Below, piece after piece: positions 53,901 through 64,000 of a stretch of DNA of 64,000 nucleotides. The notes under the pieces are model-generated. The model was not told the DNA's origin. It did not search any database and saw only the letters and a program-made list of their open reading frames with translations. Made by a program: the position numbers and the translations under genes. The stretch's first letter is position 1. Each line of letters begins with the position of its first letter. Source of the DNA: Eledone cirrhosa (Eukaryota); NCBI GenBank assembly GCA_964016885.1, contig OZ024744.1:47182001-47246000 (forward strand), in the 5' to 3' direction.

Positions 53901-56900
53901 GGGCTGGGTGCTTTTTGCTGTGTCTTTCATATGTCCACTTTACAGTGTGGGCTGGGTGCTTTTTGCTGTGTCTTTCACATGTCCACTTTACAATGTGGGC
54001 TGGGTGCTTTTTGCTGTGTCTTTCACATGTCCACTTTACAATGTGGGCTGGGTGCTTTTTGCAGTGTCTTTCACACGTCCACTTTACAGTGTGGGCTGGG
54101 TGCTTTTTGCTGTGTCTTTCACATGTCCACTTTACAATGTGGGCTGGGTGCTTTTTGCTGTGTCTTTCACGTGTCCACTTTACAGTGTGGGCTGGATGCT
54201 TCTTGCAGTGTCTTTCACACGTCCACTTTACAGTGTGGGCTGGGTGCTTTTTGCTGTGTCTTTCACATGTCCACTTTATAGTGTGGGCTGGGTGCTTTTT
54301 GCAGTGTCTTTCACACGTCCACTTTACAGTGTGGGCTGGGTGCTTTTTGCTGTGTCTTTCACATGTCCACTTTACAATGTGGGCTGGGTGCTTTTTACTG
54401 TGTCTTTCAAATGTCCACTTTACAATGTGGGCTGTGTGCTTCTTGCAGTGTCTTTCACACGTCCACTTTACAGTGTGGGCTGGGTGCTTTTTGCTGTGTC
54501 TTTCACATGTCCACTTTACAGTGTGGGCTGGGTGCTTTTTGCTGTGTCTTTCACATGTCCACTTTACAGTGTGGGCTGGGTGCTTTTTGCTGTTTCTTTC
54601 ACATGTCCATTTTACAATGTGAGCTGGGTGCTTTTTGCTGTGTCTTTCACATGTCCACTTTACAGTGTGGGCTGGGTGCTTGTTGCTGTGTCTTTCTCAC
54701 GTCCACTTTACAGTGTGGGCTGGGTGCTTTTTGCTGTGTCTTTCACATGTCCACTTTACAGTGCGGGCTAGGTGCTTTTTTCAGTGTCTTTCACACGTCC
54801 ACTTTACATTGTGGGCTGGGTGCTTGTTGCTGTGTCTTTCTCACGTCCACTTTACAGTGTGAGCTGGGTGCTTTTTGCTGTGTCTTTCACATGTCCACTT
54901 TACAGTGTGGGCTGGGTGCTTTTTTCAGTGTCTTTCACATGTCCACTTTACAGTGTGGGCTGGGCGCTTTTTGCAGTGTCTTTCAAACGTCAACTTTACA
55001 GTGTGGGCTGGGTGCTTTTTACTGTGTCTTTCACATGTCCACTTTACAGTGTGGGCTGTGTGCTTGTTGCTGTGTCTTTCTCACGTCCACTTTACAGTGT
55101 GGGCTGGGTGCTTTTTGCTGTGTCTTTCACATGTCCACTTTACAGTGTGGGCTGTGTGCTTTTTTCAGTGTCTTTCACACGTCCACTTTACAGTGTGGGC
55201 TGGGTGCTTTTTGTTGTGTCTTTCTCACGTCCACTTTACAGTGTGGGCTGGGTGCTTTTTGCTGTGTCTTTCACATGTCCACTTTACAGTGTGGGCTGGG
55301 TGCTTTTTGCTGTGTCTTTCACATGTCCACTTTACAGTGTGGGCTGGGTGCTTTTTGCTGTGTCTTTCACATGTCCACTTCACAGTGTGGGCTGGGTGCT
55401 TTTTGCTGTGTCTTTCACATGTCCACTTTACAGTGTGGGCTGGGTGCTTTTTGCTGTGTCTTTCATATGTCCACTTTACAGTGTGGGCTGGGTGCTTTTT
55501 GCTGTGTCTTTCACATGTCCACTTTACAATGTGGGCTGGGTGCTTTTTGCTGTGTCTTTCACATGTCCACTTTACAATGTGGGCTGGGTGCTTTTTGCTG
55601 TGTCTTTCACATGTCCACTTTACAGTGTGGGCTGGGTGCTTTTTGCTGTGTCTTTCACATGTCCACTTTACAGTGTGGGCTGGGTGCTTTTTGCTGTGTC
55701 TTTCACATGTCCACTTTACAGTGCGGGCTAGGTGCTTTTTTCAGTGTCTTTCACACGTCCACTTTACATTGTGGGCTGGGTGCTTTTTGCTGTGTCTTTC
55801 ATATGTCCACTTTACAGTGTGGGCTGGGTGCTTTTTGCTGTGTCTTTCATATGTCCACTTTACAGTGTGGGCTGGGTGCTTTTTGCAGTGTCTTTCACAC
55901 GTCCACTTTACAGTGTGGGCTGGGTGCTTTTTGCTGTGTCTTTCACATGTCCACTTTACAGTGTGGGCTGTGTGCTTTTTGCAGTGTCTTTCACACGTCA
56001 ACTTTACAGTGTGGCCTGGGTGCTTTTTGCTGTGTCTTTCACATGTCTATTTCACAGTGTGGGCTGGGTGCTTTTTGCTGTGTCTTTCACATGTCCACTT
56101 TACAGTGTGGGCTGGGTGCTTTTTGCTGTGTCTTTCATATGTCCACTTTACAGTGTGGGCTGGGTGCTTTTTTCAGTGTCTTTCACATGTCCACTTCACG
56201 GTGTGGGCGGGGTGATTTTTGCTGTGTCTTTCACATGTCCACTTTACAATGTGGGCTCGGTGCTTTTTGCTGTATCTTTCAAATGTCCACTTTACAATGT
56301 GGGCTGGGTGCTTTTTGCTGTGTCTTTCACATGTCCACTTTACAGTGTGGGCTGTGTGCTTTTTGTTGTGTCTTTCTCACGTCCACTTTACAGTGTGGGC
56401 TGGGTGCTTTTTGCTGTGTCTTTCACATGTCCACTTTACAGTGTGGGCTGGGTGCTTTTTGCTGTGTCTTTCACATGTCCACTTTACAGTGTGGGCTGGG
56501 TGCTTTTTGCTGTGTCTTTCACATGTCCACTTCACAGTGTGGGCTGGGTGCTTTTTGCTGTGTCTTTCACATGTCCACTTTACAGTGTGGGCTGGGTGCT
56601 TTTTGCTGTGTCTTTCACATGTCCACTTTACAGTGTGGGCTGGGTGCTTTTTGCTGTGTCTTTCACATGTCCACTTCACAGTGTGGGCTGGGTGCTTTTT
56701 GCTGTGTCTTTCACATGTCCACTTTACAGTGTGGGCTGGGTGCTTTTTGCTGTGTCTTTCATATGTCCACTTTACAGTGTGGGCTGGGTGCTTTTTGCTG
56801 TGTCTTTCACATGTCCACTTTACAATGTGGGCTGGGTGCTTTTTGCTGTGTCTTTCACATGTCCACTTTACAATGTGGGCTGGGTGCTTTTTGCTGTGTC

Positions 56901-59450
56901 TTTCACATGTCCACTTTACAGTGTGGGCTGGGTGCTTTTTGCTGTGTCTTTCACATGTCCACTTTACAGTGTGGGCTGGGTGCTTTTTGCTGTGTCTTTC
57001 ACATGTCCACTTTACAGTGCGGGCTAGGTGCTTTTTTCAGTGTCTTTCACACGTCCACTTTACATTGTGGGCTGGGTGCTTTTTGCTGTGTCTTTCATAT
57101 GTCCACTTTACAGTGTGGGCTGGGTGCTTTTTGCTGTGTCTTTCATATGTCCACTTTACAGTGTGGGCTGGGTGCTTTTTGCAGTGTCTTTCACACGTCC
57201 ACTTTACAGTGTGGGCTGGGTGCTTTTTGCTGTGTCTTTCACATGTCCACTTTACAATGTGGGCTGGGTGCTTTTTGCTGTGTCTTTCACGTGTCCACTT
57301 TACAGTGTGGGCTGGATGCTTCTTGCAGTGTCTTTCACACGTCCACTTTACAGTGTGGGCTGGGTGCTTTTTGCTGTGTCTTTCACATGTCCACTTTATA
57401 GTGTGGGCTGGGTGCTTTTTGCAGTGTCTTTCACACGTCCACTTTACAGTGTGGGCTGGGTGCTTTTTGCTGTGTCTTTCACATGTCCACTTTACAATGT
57501 GGGCTGGGTGCTTTTTACTGTGTCTTTCAAATGTCCACTTTGCAATGTGGGCTGTGTGCTTCTTGCAGTGTCTTTCACACGTCCACTTTACAGTGTGGGC
57601 TGGGTGCTTTTTGCTGTGTCTTTCACATGTCCACTTTACAGTGTGGGCTGGGTGCTTTTTGCTGTGTCTTTCACATGTCCACTTTACAGTGTGGGCTGGG
57701 TGCTTTTTGCTGTTTCTTTCACATGTCCATTTTACAATGTGAGCTGGGTGCTTTTTGCTGTGTCTTTCACATGTCCACTTTACAGTGTGGGCTGGGTGCT
57801 TGTTGCTGTGTCTTTCTCACGTCCACTTTACAGTGTGGGCTGGGTGCTTTTTGCTGTGTCTTTCACATGTCCACTTTACAGTGCGGGCTAGGTGCTTTTT
57901 TCAGTGTCTTTCACACGTCCACTTTACATTGTGGGCTGGGTGCTTGTTGCTGTGTCTTTCTCACGTCCACTTTACAGTGTGAGCTGGGTGCTTTTTGCTG
58001 TGTCTTTCACATGTCCACTTTACAGTGTGGGCTGGGTGCTTTTTTCAGTGTCTTTCACATGTCCACTTTACAGTGTGGGCTGGGCGCTTTTTGCAGTGTC
58101 TTTCAAACGTCAACTTTACAGTGTGGGCTGGGTGCTTATTACTGTGTCTTTCACATGTCCACTTTACAGTGTGGGCTGTGTGCTTGTTGCTGTGTCTTTC
58201 TCACGTCCACTTTACAGTGTGGGCTGGGTGCTTTTTGCTGTGTCTTTCACATGTCCACTTTACAGTGTGGGCTGTGTGCTTTTTTCAGTGTCTTTCACAC
58301 GTCCACTTTACAGTGTGGGCTGGGTGCTTTTTGTTGTGTCTTTCTCACGTCCACTTTACAGTGTGGGCTGGGTGCTTTTTGCTGTGTCTTTCACATGTCC
58401 ACTTTACAGTGTGGGCTGGGTGCTTTTTGCTGTGTCTTTCACATGTCCACTTTACAGTGTGGGCTGGGTGCTTTTTGCTGTGTCTTTCACATGTCCACTT
58501 CACAGTGTGGGCTGGGTGCTTTTTGCTGTGTCTTTCACATGTCCACTTTACAGTGTGGGCTGGGTGCTTTTTGCTGTGTCTTTCATATGTCCACTTTACA
58601 GTGTGGGCTGGGTGTTTTTGCTGTGTCTTTCACATGTCCACTTTACAATGTGGGCTGGGTGCTTTTTGCTGTGTCTTTCACATGTCCACTTTACAATGTG
58701 GGCTGGGTGCTTTTTGCTGTGTCTTTCACATGTCCACTTTACAGTGTGGGCTGGGTGCTTTTTGCTGTGTCTTTCACATGTCCACTTTACAGTGTGGGCT
58801 GGGTGCTTTTTGCTGTGTCTTTCACATGTCCACTTTACAGTGCGGGCTAGGTGCTTTTTTCAGTGTCTTTCACACGTCCACTTTACATTGTGGGCTGGGT
58901 GCTTTTTGCTGTGTCTTTCATATGTCCACTTTACAGTGTGGGCTGGGTGCTTTTTGCTGTGTCTTTCATATGTCCACTTTACAGTGTGGGCTGGGTGCTT
59001 TTTGCAGTGTCTTTCACACGTCCACTTTACAGTGTGGGCTGGGTGCTTTTTGCTGTGTCTTTCACATGTCCACTTTACAGTGTGGGCTGTGTGCTTTTTG
59101 CAGTGTCTTTCACACGTCAACTTTACAGTGTGGCCTGGGTGCTTTTTGCTGTGTCTTTCACATGTCTATTTCACAGTGTGGGCTGGGTGCTTTTTGCTGT
59201 GTCTTTCACATGTCCACTTTACAGTGTGGGCTGGGTGCTTTTTGCTGTGTCTTTCATATGTCCACTTTACAGTGTGGGCTGGGTGCTTTTTTCAGTGTCT
59301 TTCACATGTCCACTTCACGGTGTGGGCGGGGTGATTTTTGCTGTGTCTTTCACATGTCCACTTTAGAATGTGGGCTCGGTGCTTTTTGCTGTATCTTTCA
59401 AATGTCCACTTTACAATGTGGGCTGGGTGCTTTTTGCTGTGTCTTTCACA
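47980..59450 (+). repeat. Overlapping duplications with offsets of ~2640-2737, 1536, 1296 and 3119-3120 bp
   Basis: ORF pairs: 48218/50955, 50596/53236, 53236/54772, 55732/57028, 54772/57892, 55732/58851. Shared markers include cacgtgtc, tttactgtgtctttcaaatg, gctgtttc and gggctcggtg. Confidence 0.82.
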
Positions 59451-60079
59451 TGTCCACTTTACAGTGTGGGCTGGGCGCTTTTTGCAGTGTCTTTCAAACG
59501 TCAACTTTACAGTGTGGGCTGGGTGCTTTTTACTGTGTCTTTCACATGTCCACTTTACAGTGTGGGCTGGGTGCTTTTTGCTGTGTCTTTCACATGTCCA
59601 CTTCACAGTGTGGGCTGGGTGCTTTTTGCTGTGTCTTTCACATGTCCACTTTACAGTGTGGGCTGGGTGCTTTTTGCTGTGTCTTTCACATGTCCACTTT
59701 AAAGTGTGGGCTGTGTGCTTTTTGCTGTGTCTTTCACATGTCCACTTTACAGTGTGGGCTGGGTGCTTTTTGCTGTGTCTTTCACATGTCCACTTTACAG
59801 TGTGGGCTGGGTGCTTTTTGCTGTGTCTTTCACATGTCCACTTTACAGTGTGGGATGGGTGCTTTTTGCTGTGTCTTTCACATGTCCATCTTACAATGTG
59901 AGCTGGGTGCTTTTTGCTGTGTCTTTCACATGTCCACTTTACAGTGTGGGCTGGGTGCTTGTTGCTGTGTCTTTCTCACGTCCACTTTACAGTGTGGGCT
60001 GGGTGCTTTTTGCTGTGTCTTTCACATGTCCACTTTACAGTGCGGGCTAGGTGCTTTTTTCAGTGTCTTTCACACGTCC

Positions 60080-62030
60080 ACTTTACATTGTGGGTTGGGT
60101 GCTTGTTGCTGTGTCTTTCTCACATCCACCTTACAGTGTGGGCTGGGTGCTTTTTGCTGTGTCTTTCACATGTCCACTTTACAGTGTGGACTGGGTGCTT
60201 TTTTCAGTGTCTTTCACATGTCCACTTTACAGTGAGGGCTGGGCGCTTTTTGCACTGTCTTTCAAACGTCAACTTTACAGTGTGGGCTGGGTGCTTTTTA
60301 CTGTGTCTTTCACATGTCCACTTTACAGTGTGGGCTGGGTGCTTCTTGCTGAGTCTTTCACATGTCCACTTTACAGTGTGGGCTGGGTGCGTTTTGCTGT
60401 GTTTTTCACATGTCCACTTTACACTGTGGGCTGGGTGCTTTTTGCTGTGTCTTTCACATATCCACTTTACAATGTGGGCTGGGTGCTTTTTGCTGAGTCT
60501 TTCACACGTGCACTTTACAGTGTGGGCTGTGTGCTTTTTGCAGTGTCTTTCAAACGTCAACTTTACAGTGTGGGCTGGGTGCTTTTTGCTGTGTCTTTCA
60601 CATGTCCACTTTACAATGTGGGCTGGGTGCTTTTTGCTGTGTCTTTCACATGTCCACTTTACAGTGTGGGCTGGGTGCTTCTTGCAGTGTCTTTCACATG
60701 TCCACTTTACAGTGTGAGCTGGGTGCTTTTTGCTGTATCTTTCACATGTCCACTTTACAGTGTGGGCTGGGTGCTTTTTGCTGTGTCTTTCACATGTCCA
60801 CTTAATAGTGTGGGCTGGGTGCTTTTTGCAGTGTCTTTCACACGTCCACTTTACAGTTTGGGCTGGGTGCTTTTTGCTGTGTCTTTCACATGTCCACTTT
60901 ACAGTGTGGGCTGGGTGCTTTTTACTGTGTCTTTCACATGTCCACTTTACAATGTGGGCTGGGTGCTTTTTGCTGTGTCTTTCACATGTCCACTTTACAG
61001 TGTGGGCTGGGTGCTACTTGCAGTGTCTTTCACATGTCCACTTTACAGTGTGGGCTGGGTGCTTTTTGCTGTGTCTTTCACCTGTCCACTTTACAGTGTG
61101 GGCTGGGTGCTTTTTGCTAAGTCTTTCACATGTCCACTTTACAGTGTGGGCTGGGTGCTTTTTGCAGTGTCTTTCACACGTCCACTTTACAGTGTGGGCT
61201 GGGTGCTTTTTGCTGTGTCTTTCACACGTCCACTTTATAGTGTGGGCTGGGTGCTTTTTGCTGTGTCTTTCACATGTCCCCTTTACAGTGTGGGCTGGGT
61301 GCTTTTTGCTGTGTCTTTCACATGTCCACTTTACAGTGTGGGCTGGGTGATTTTTGCTGTGTCTTTCACATGTACACTTTACAGTGTGGGCTGGGTGCTT
61401 TTTGCAGTGTCTTTCACACGTCCACTTTACAGTGTGAGCTGGGTGCTTTTTTCAGTGTCTTTCACATGTCCACTTTACAGTGTGGGCTGGGTGCTTTTTG
61501 CTGTGTCTTTCACATATCCACTTTACAGTGTGGGCTGGGTGCTTTTTGCTGACTCTTTCACACGTCCACTTTACAGTGTGGGCTGGGTGCTTTTTGCTGT
61601 GTCTTTCACGCGTCCACTTTACAGTGTGGGCTGGGTGCTTTTTGCTGTGTCTTTCACATGTCCACTTTACAATGTGGGCTGGGTGCTTTTTGCTGTGTCT
61701 TTCACATCTCCACTTTACAGTGTGGGCTGGGTGCTTCTTGCAGTGGCTTTCACACGTCCACTTTACAGTTTGGGCTGGGTGCTTTTTGCTGTGTCTTTCA
61801 CATGTCCACTTTACAGTGTGGGCTGTGTGCTTTTTGCTGTGTCTTTCACATGTCCACTTTATAGTGTGGGCTGGGTGCTTTTTACAGTGTCTTTCACACG
61901 TCCACTCTACAGTGTGGGCTGGGTGCGTTTTGCTGTGTCTTTCACGTGTCCACTTTACAATGTGGGCTGGGTACTTTTTGCTGTGTCTTTCACATGTCCA
62001 CTTTACAGTGTGGGCTGGGTGATTTTTTGC
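60080..62030 (+). repeat. Divergent, poorly homogenised segment of the same satellite
   Basis: A high density of variants I did not see elsewhere in the window: gcgtttt, acactgtg, cgtgcac, cttaatag, gctacttg, cacctgt, gctaag, gtcccc, gactct, cacgcgt, acatctc, cagtggct. Confidence 0.8.
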
Positions 62031-64000
62031 TGTGTCTTTCACATGTCCACTTTACAGTGTGGGCTGGGTGCTTTTTGCTGTGTCTTTCACATGTCCACTT
62101 TACAATGTGAGCTGGGTGCTTTTTGCTGTGTCTTTCACATGTCCACTTTACAGTGTGGGCTGGGTGCTTGTTGCTGTGTCTTTCTCACGTCCACTTTACA
62201 GTGTGGGCTGGGTGCTTTTTGCTGTGTCTTTCACATGTCCACTTTACAGTGTGGGCTGGGTGCTTTTTTCAGTGTCTTTCACATGTCCACTTTACAGTGT
62301 GGGCTGGGCGCTTTTTGCAGTGTCTTTCAAACGTCAACTTTACAGTGTGGGCTGGGTGCTTTTTTCAGTGTCTTTCACACGTCCACTTTACAGTGTGGGC
62401 TGGGTGCATGTTGCTGTGTTTTTCTCACGTCCACTTTACAGTGTGGGCTGGGTGCTTTTTGCTGTGTCTTTCACATGTCCACTTTACAGTGTGGGCTTGG
62501 TGCTTTTTTCAGTGTCTTTCACATGTCCACTTTACAGTGTGGGCTGGGTGCTTTTTGCTGTGTCTTTCACATGTCCACTTTACAATGTGGGCTGGGTGCT
62601 TTTTGCTGTGTCTTTCACATGTCCACTTTACAATGTGGGCTGGGTGCTTTTTGCTGTGTCTTTCACATGTCCACTTTACAGTGTGGGCTGGGTGCTTTTT
62701 GCTGTGTCTTTCACATGTCCACTTCACAGTGTGGGCTGGGTGCTTTTTGCTGTGTCTTTCACATGTCCACTTTACAGTGTGGGCTGGGTGCTTTTTGCTG
62801 TGTCTTTCACATGTCCACTTTACAGTGTGGGCTGTGTGCTTTTTGCTGTGTCTTTCACATGTCCACTTTACAGTGTGGGCTGGGTGCTTTTTGCTGTGTC
62901 TTTCACATGTCCACTTTACAATGTGGGCTGGGTGCTTTTTGCTGTGTCTTTCACATGTCCACTTTACAATGTGGGCTGGGTGCTTTTTGCTGTGTCTTTC
63001 ACATGTCCACTTTACAGTGTGGGCTGGGTGCTTTTTGCTGTGTCTTTCACATGTCCACTTCACAGTGTGGGCTGGGTACTTTTTGCTGTGTCTTTCACAC
63101 GTCCACTTTACAGTTTGTGCTGGGTGCTTTTTGCTGTGTCTTTCACATGTCCACTTTACAGTGTGGGCTGTGTGCTTTTTGCTGTGTCTTTCACATGTCC
63201 ACTTTACAGTGTGGGCTGGGTGCTTGTTGCTGTGTCTTTCTCACGTCCACTTTACAGTGTGGGCTGGGTGCTTTTTGCTGTGTCTTTCACATGTCCACTT
63301 TACAATGTGGGCTGGGTGCTTTTTGCTGTGTCTTTCACATGTCCACTCTATAGTGTGGGCTGGGTGCTTTTTGCAGTGTCTTTCACACGTCCACTTTACA
63401 GTGTGGGCTGGGTGCTTTTTGCTGTGTCTTTCACATGTCCACTTTACAATGTGGGCTGGGTGCTTTTTGCTGTGTCTTTCACATATCCACTTTACAGTGT
63501 GGGGTGTGTGCTTCTTGCAGTGTCTTTCACACGTCCACTTTACAGTGTGGGCTGGGTGCTTTTTGCTGTGTCTTTCACGTGTCCACTTTACAGTGTGGGC
63601 TGGGTGCTTTTTGCTGTGTCTTTCACATATCCACTTTACAGTGTGGGCTGGGTGCTTTTTGCTGAGTCTTTCACACGTCCACTTTACAGTGTGGGCAGGG
63701 TGCTTTTTGCTGTGTCATTCACACGTCCACTTTACAGTGTGGGCTGGGTGCTTTTTGCTGTGTCTTTCACATGTCCACTTTACAATGTGGGCTGGGTGCT
63801 TTTTGCTGTGTCTTTCACATGTCCACTTTACAGTGTGGGCTGGATGCTTCTTGCAGTGTCTTTCACACGTCCACTTTACAGTGTGGGCTGGGTGCTTTTT
63901 GCTGTGTCTTTCATATGTCCACTTTACAGTGTGGGCTGGGTGCTTTTTGCTGTGTCTTTCACATGTCCACTTTATAGTGTGGGCTGGGTGTTTTTTGCAG

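Larger units (their letters stand above)
1..64000 (+). repeat. 48-bp satellite/macrosatellite tandem array, ~1,333 head-to-tail monomers, extending past both window ends
   Basis: The unit GCTGGGTGCTTTTTGCTGTGTCTTTCACATGTCCACTTTACAGTGTGG repeats from base 1 to 64000, typically with 0-4 substitutions per monomer. The register drifts by only -2 bp net. All ORF translations show 16-aa periodicity. Confidence 0.99.

Noticed and set aside
1-64000. CRISPR array
   Set aside because: There are no unique spacers: the entire 48 bp repeats, and no leader or cas genes are present.
1-64000. Immunoglobulin class-switch region (GGGCT/GAGCT/GGGGT pentamers, two WGCW motifs per unit, period close to the 49-bp S-gamma repeat)
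   Set aside because: There is only one pentamer per monomer, AGCT is rare, and the strand is T-rich rather than G-rich. The array (>64 kb) far exceeds typical switch regions, and no constant-region exons are in view.
1-64000. Assignment to a named 48-bp repeat family or species (e.g. human CER-type satellite, DRD4 VNTR)
   Set aside because: Only the unit length is shared. I cannot verify sequence homology without a database search.

Overview
The whole 64-kb window is one uninterrupted, single-orientation tandem array of a 48-bp monomer (~1,333 copies). The + strand consensus is GCTGGGTGCTTTTTGCTGTGTCTTTCACATGTCCACTTTACAGTGTGG (48% GC, 69% T+G, only 5 A, no CpG). I found no unique sequence, transposon insertion, RNA gene, CRISPR array or credible protein-coding gene. 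The huge ORFs are a by-product of a 48-bp (3n), A-poor unit that lacks stops in 4 of 6 frames. It looks like a eukaryotic satellite, but species and family cannot be assigned from the sequence alone. The visible information lies in the variants. They form linked monomer types, nested multi-kb duplications (0.67-5.3 kb tandem; relatives 17 kb and 61 kb apart), about 14 indels, and a more divergent island at ~60.1-62.0 kb. The most intriguing but speculative observation is that each monomer, read on the - strand, resembles a V(D)J 23-RSS or Transib/RAG-type terminus: a CAC heptamer, a 22- or 24-bp spacer and GCAAAAAGC. Block boundaries are estimated by eye; offsets come from shared variants and the ORF track.
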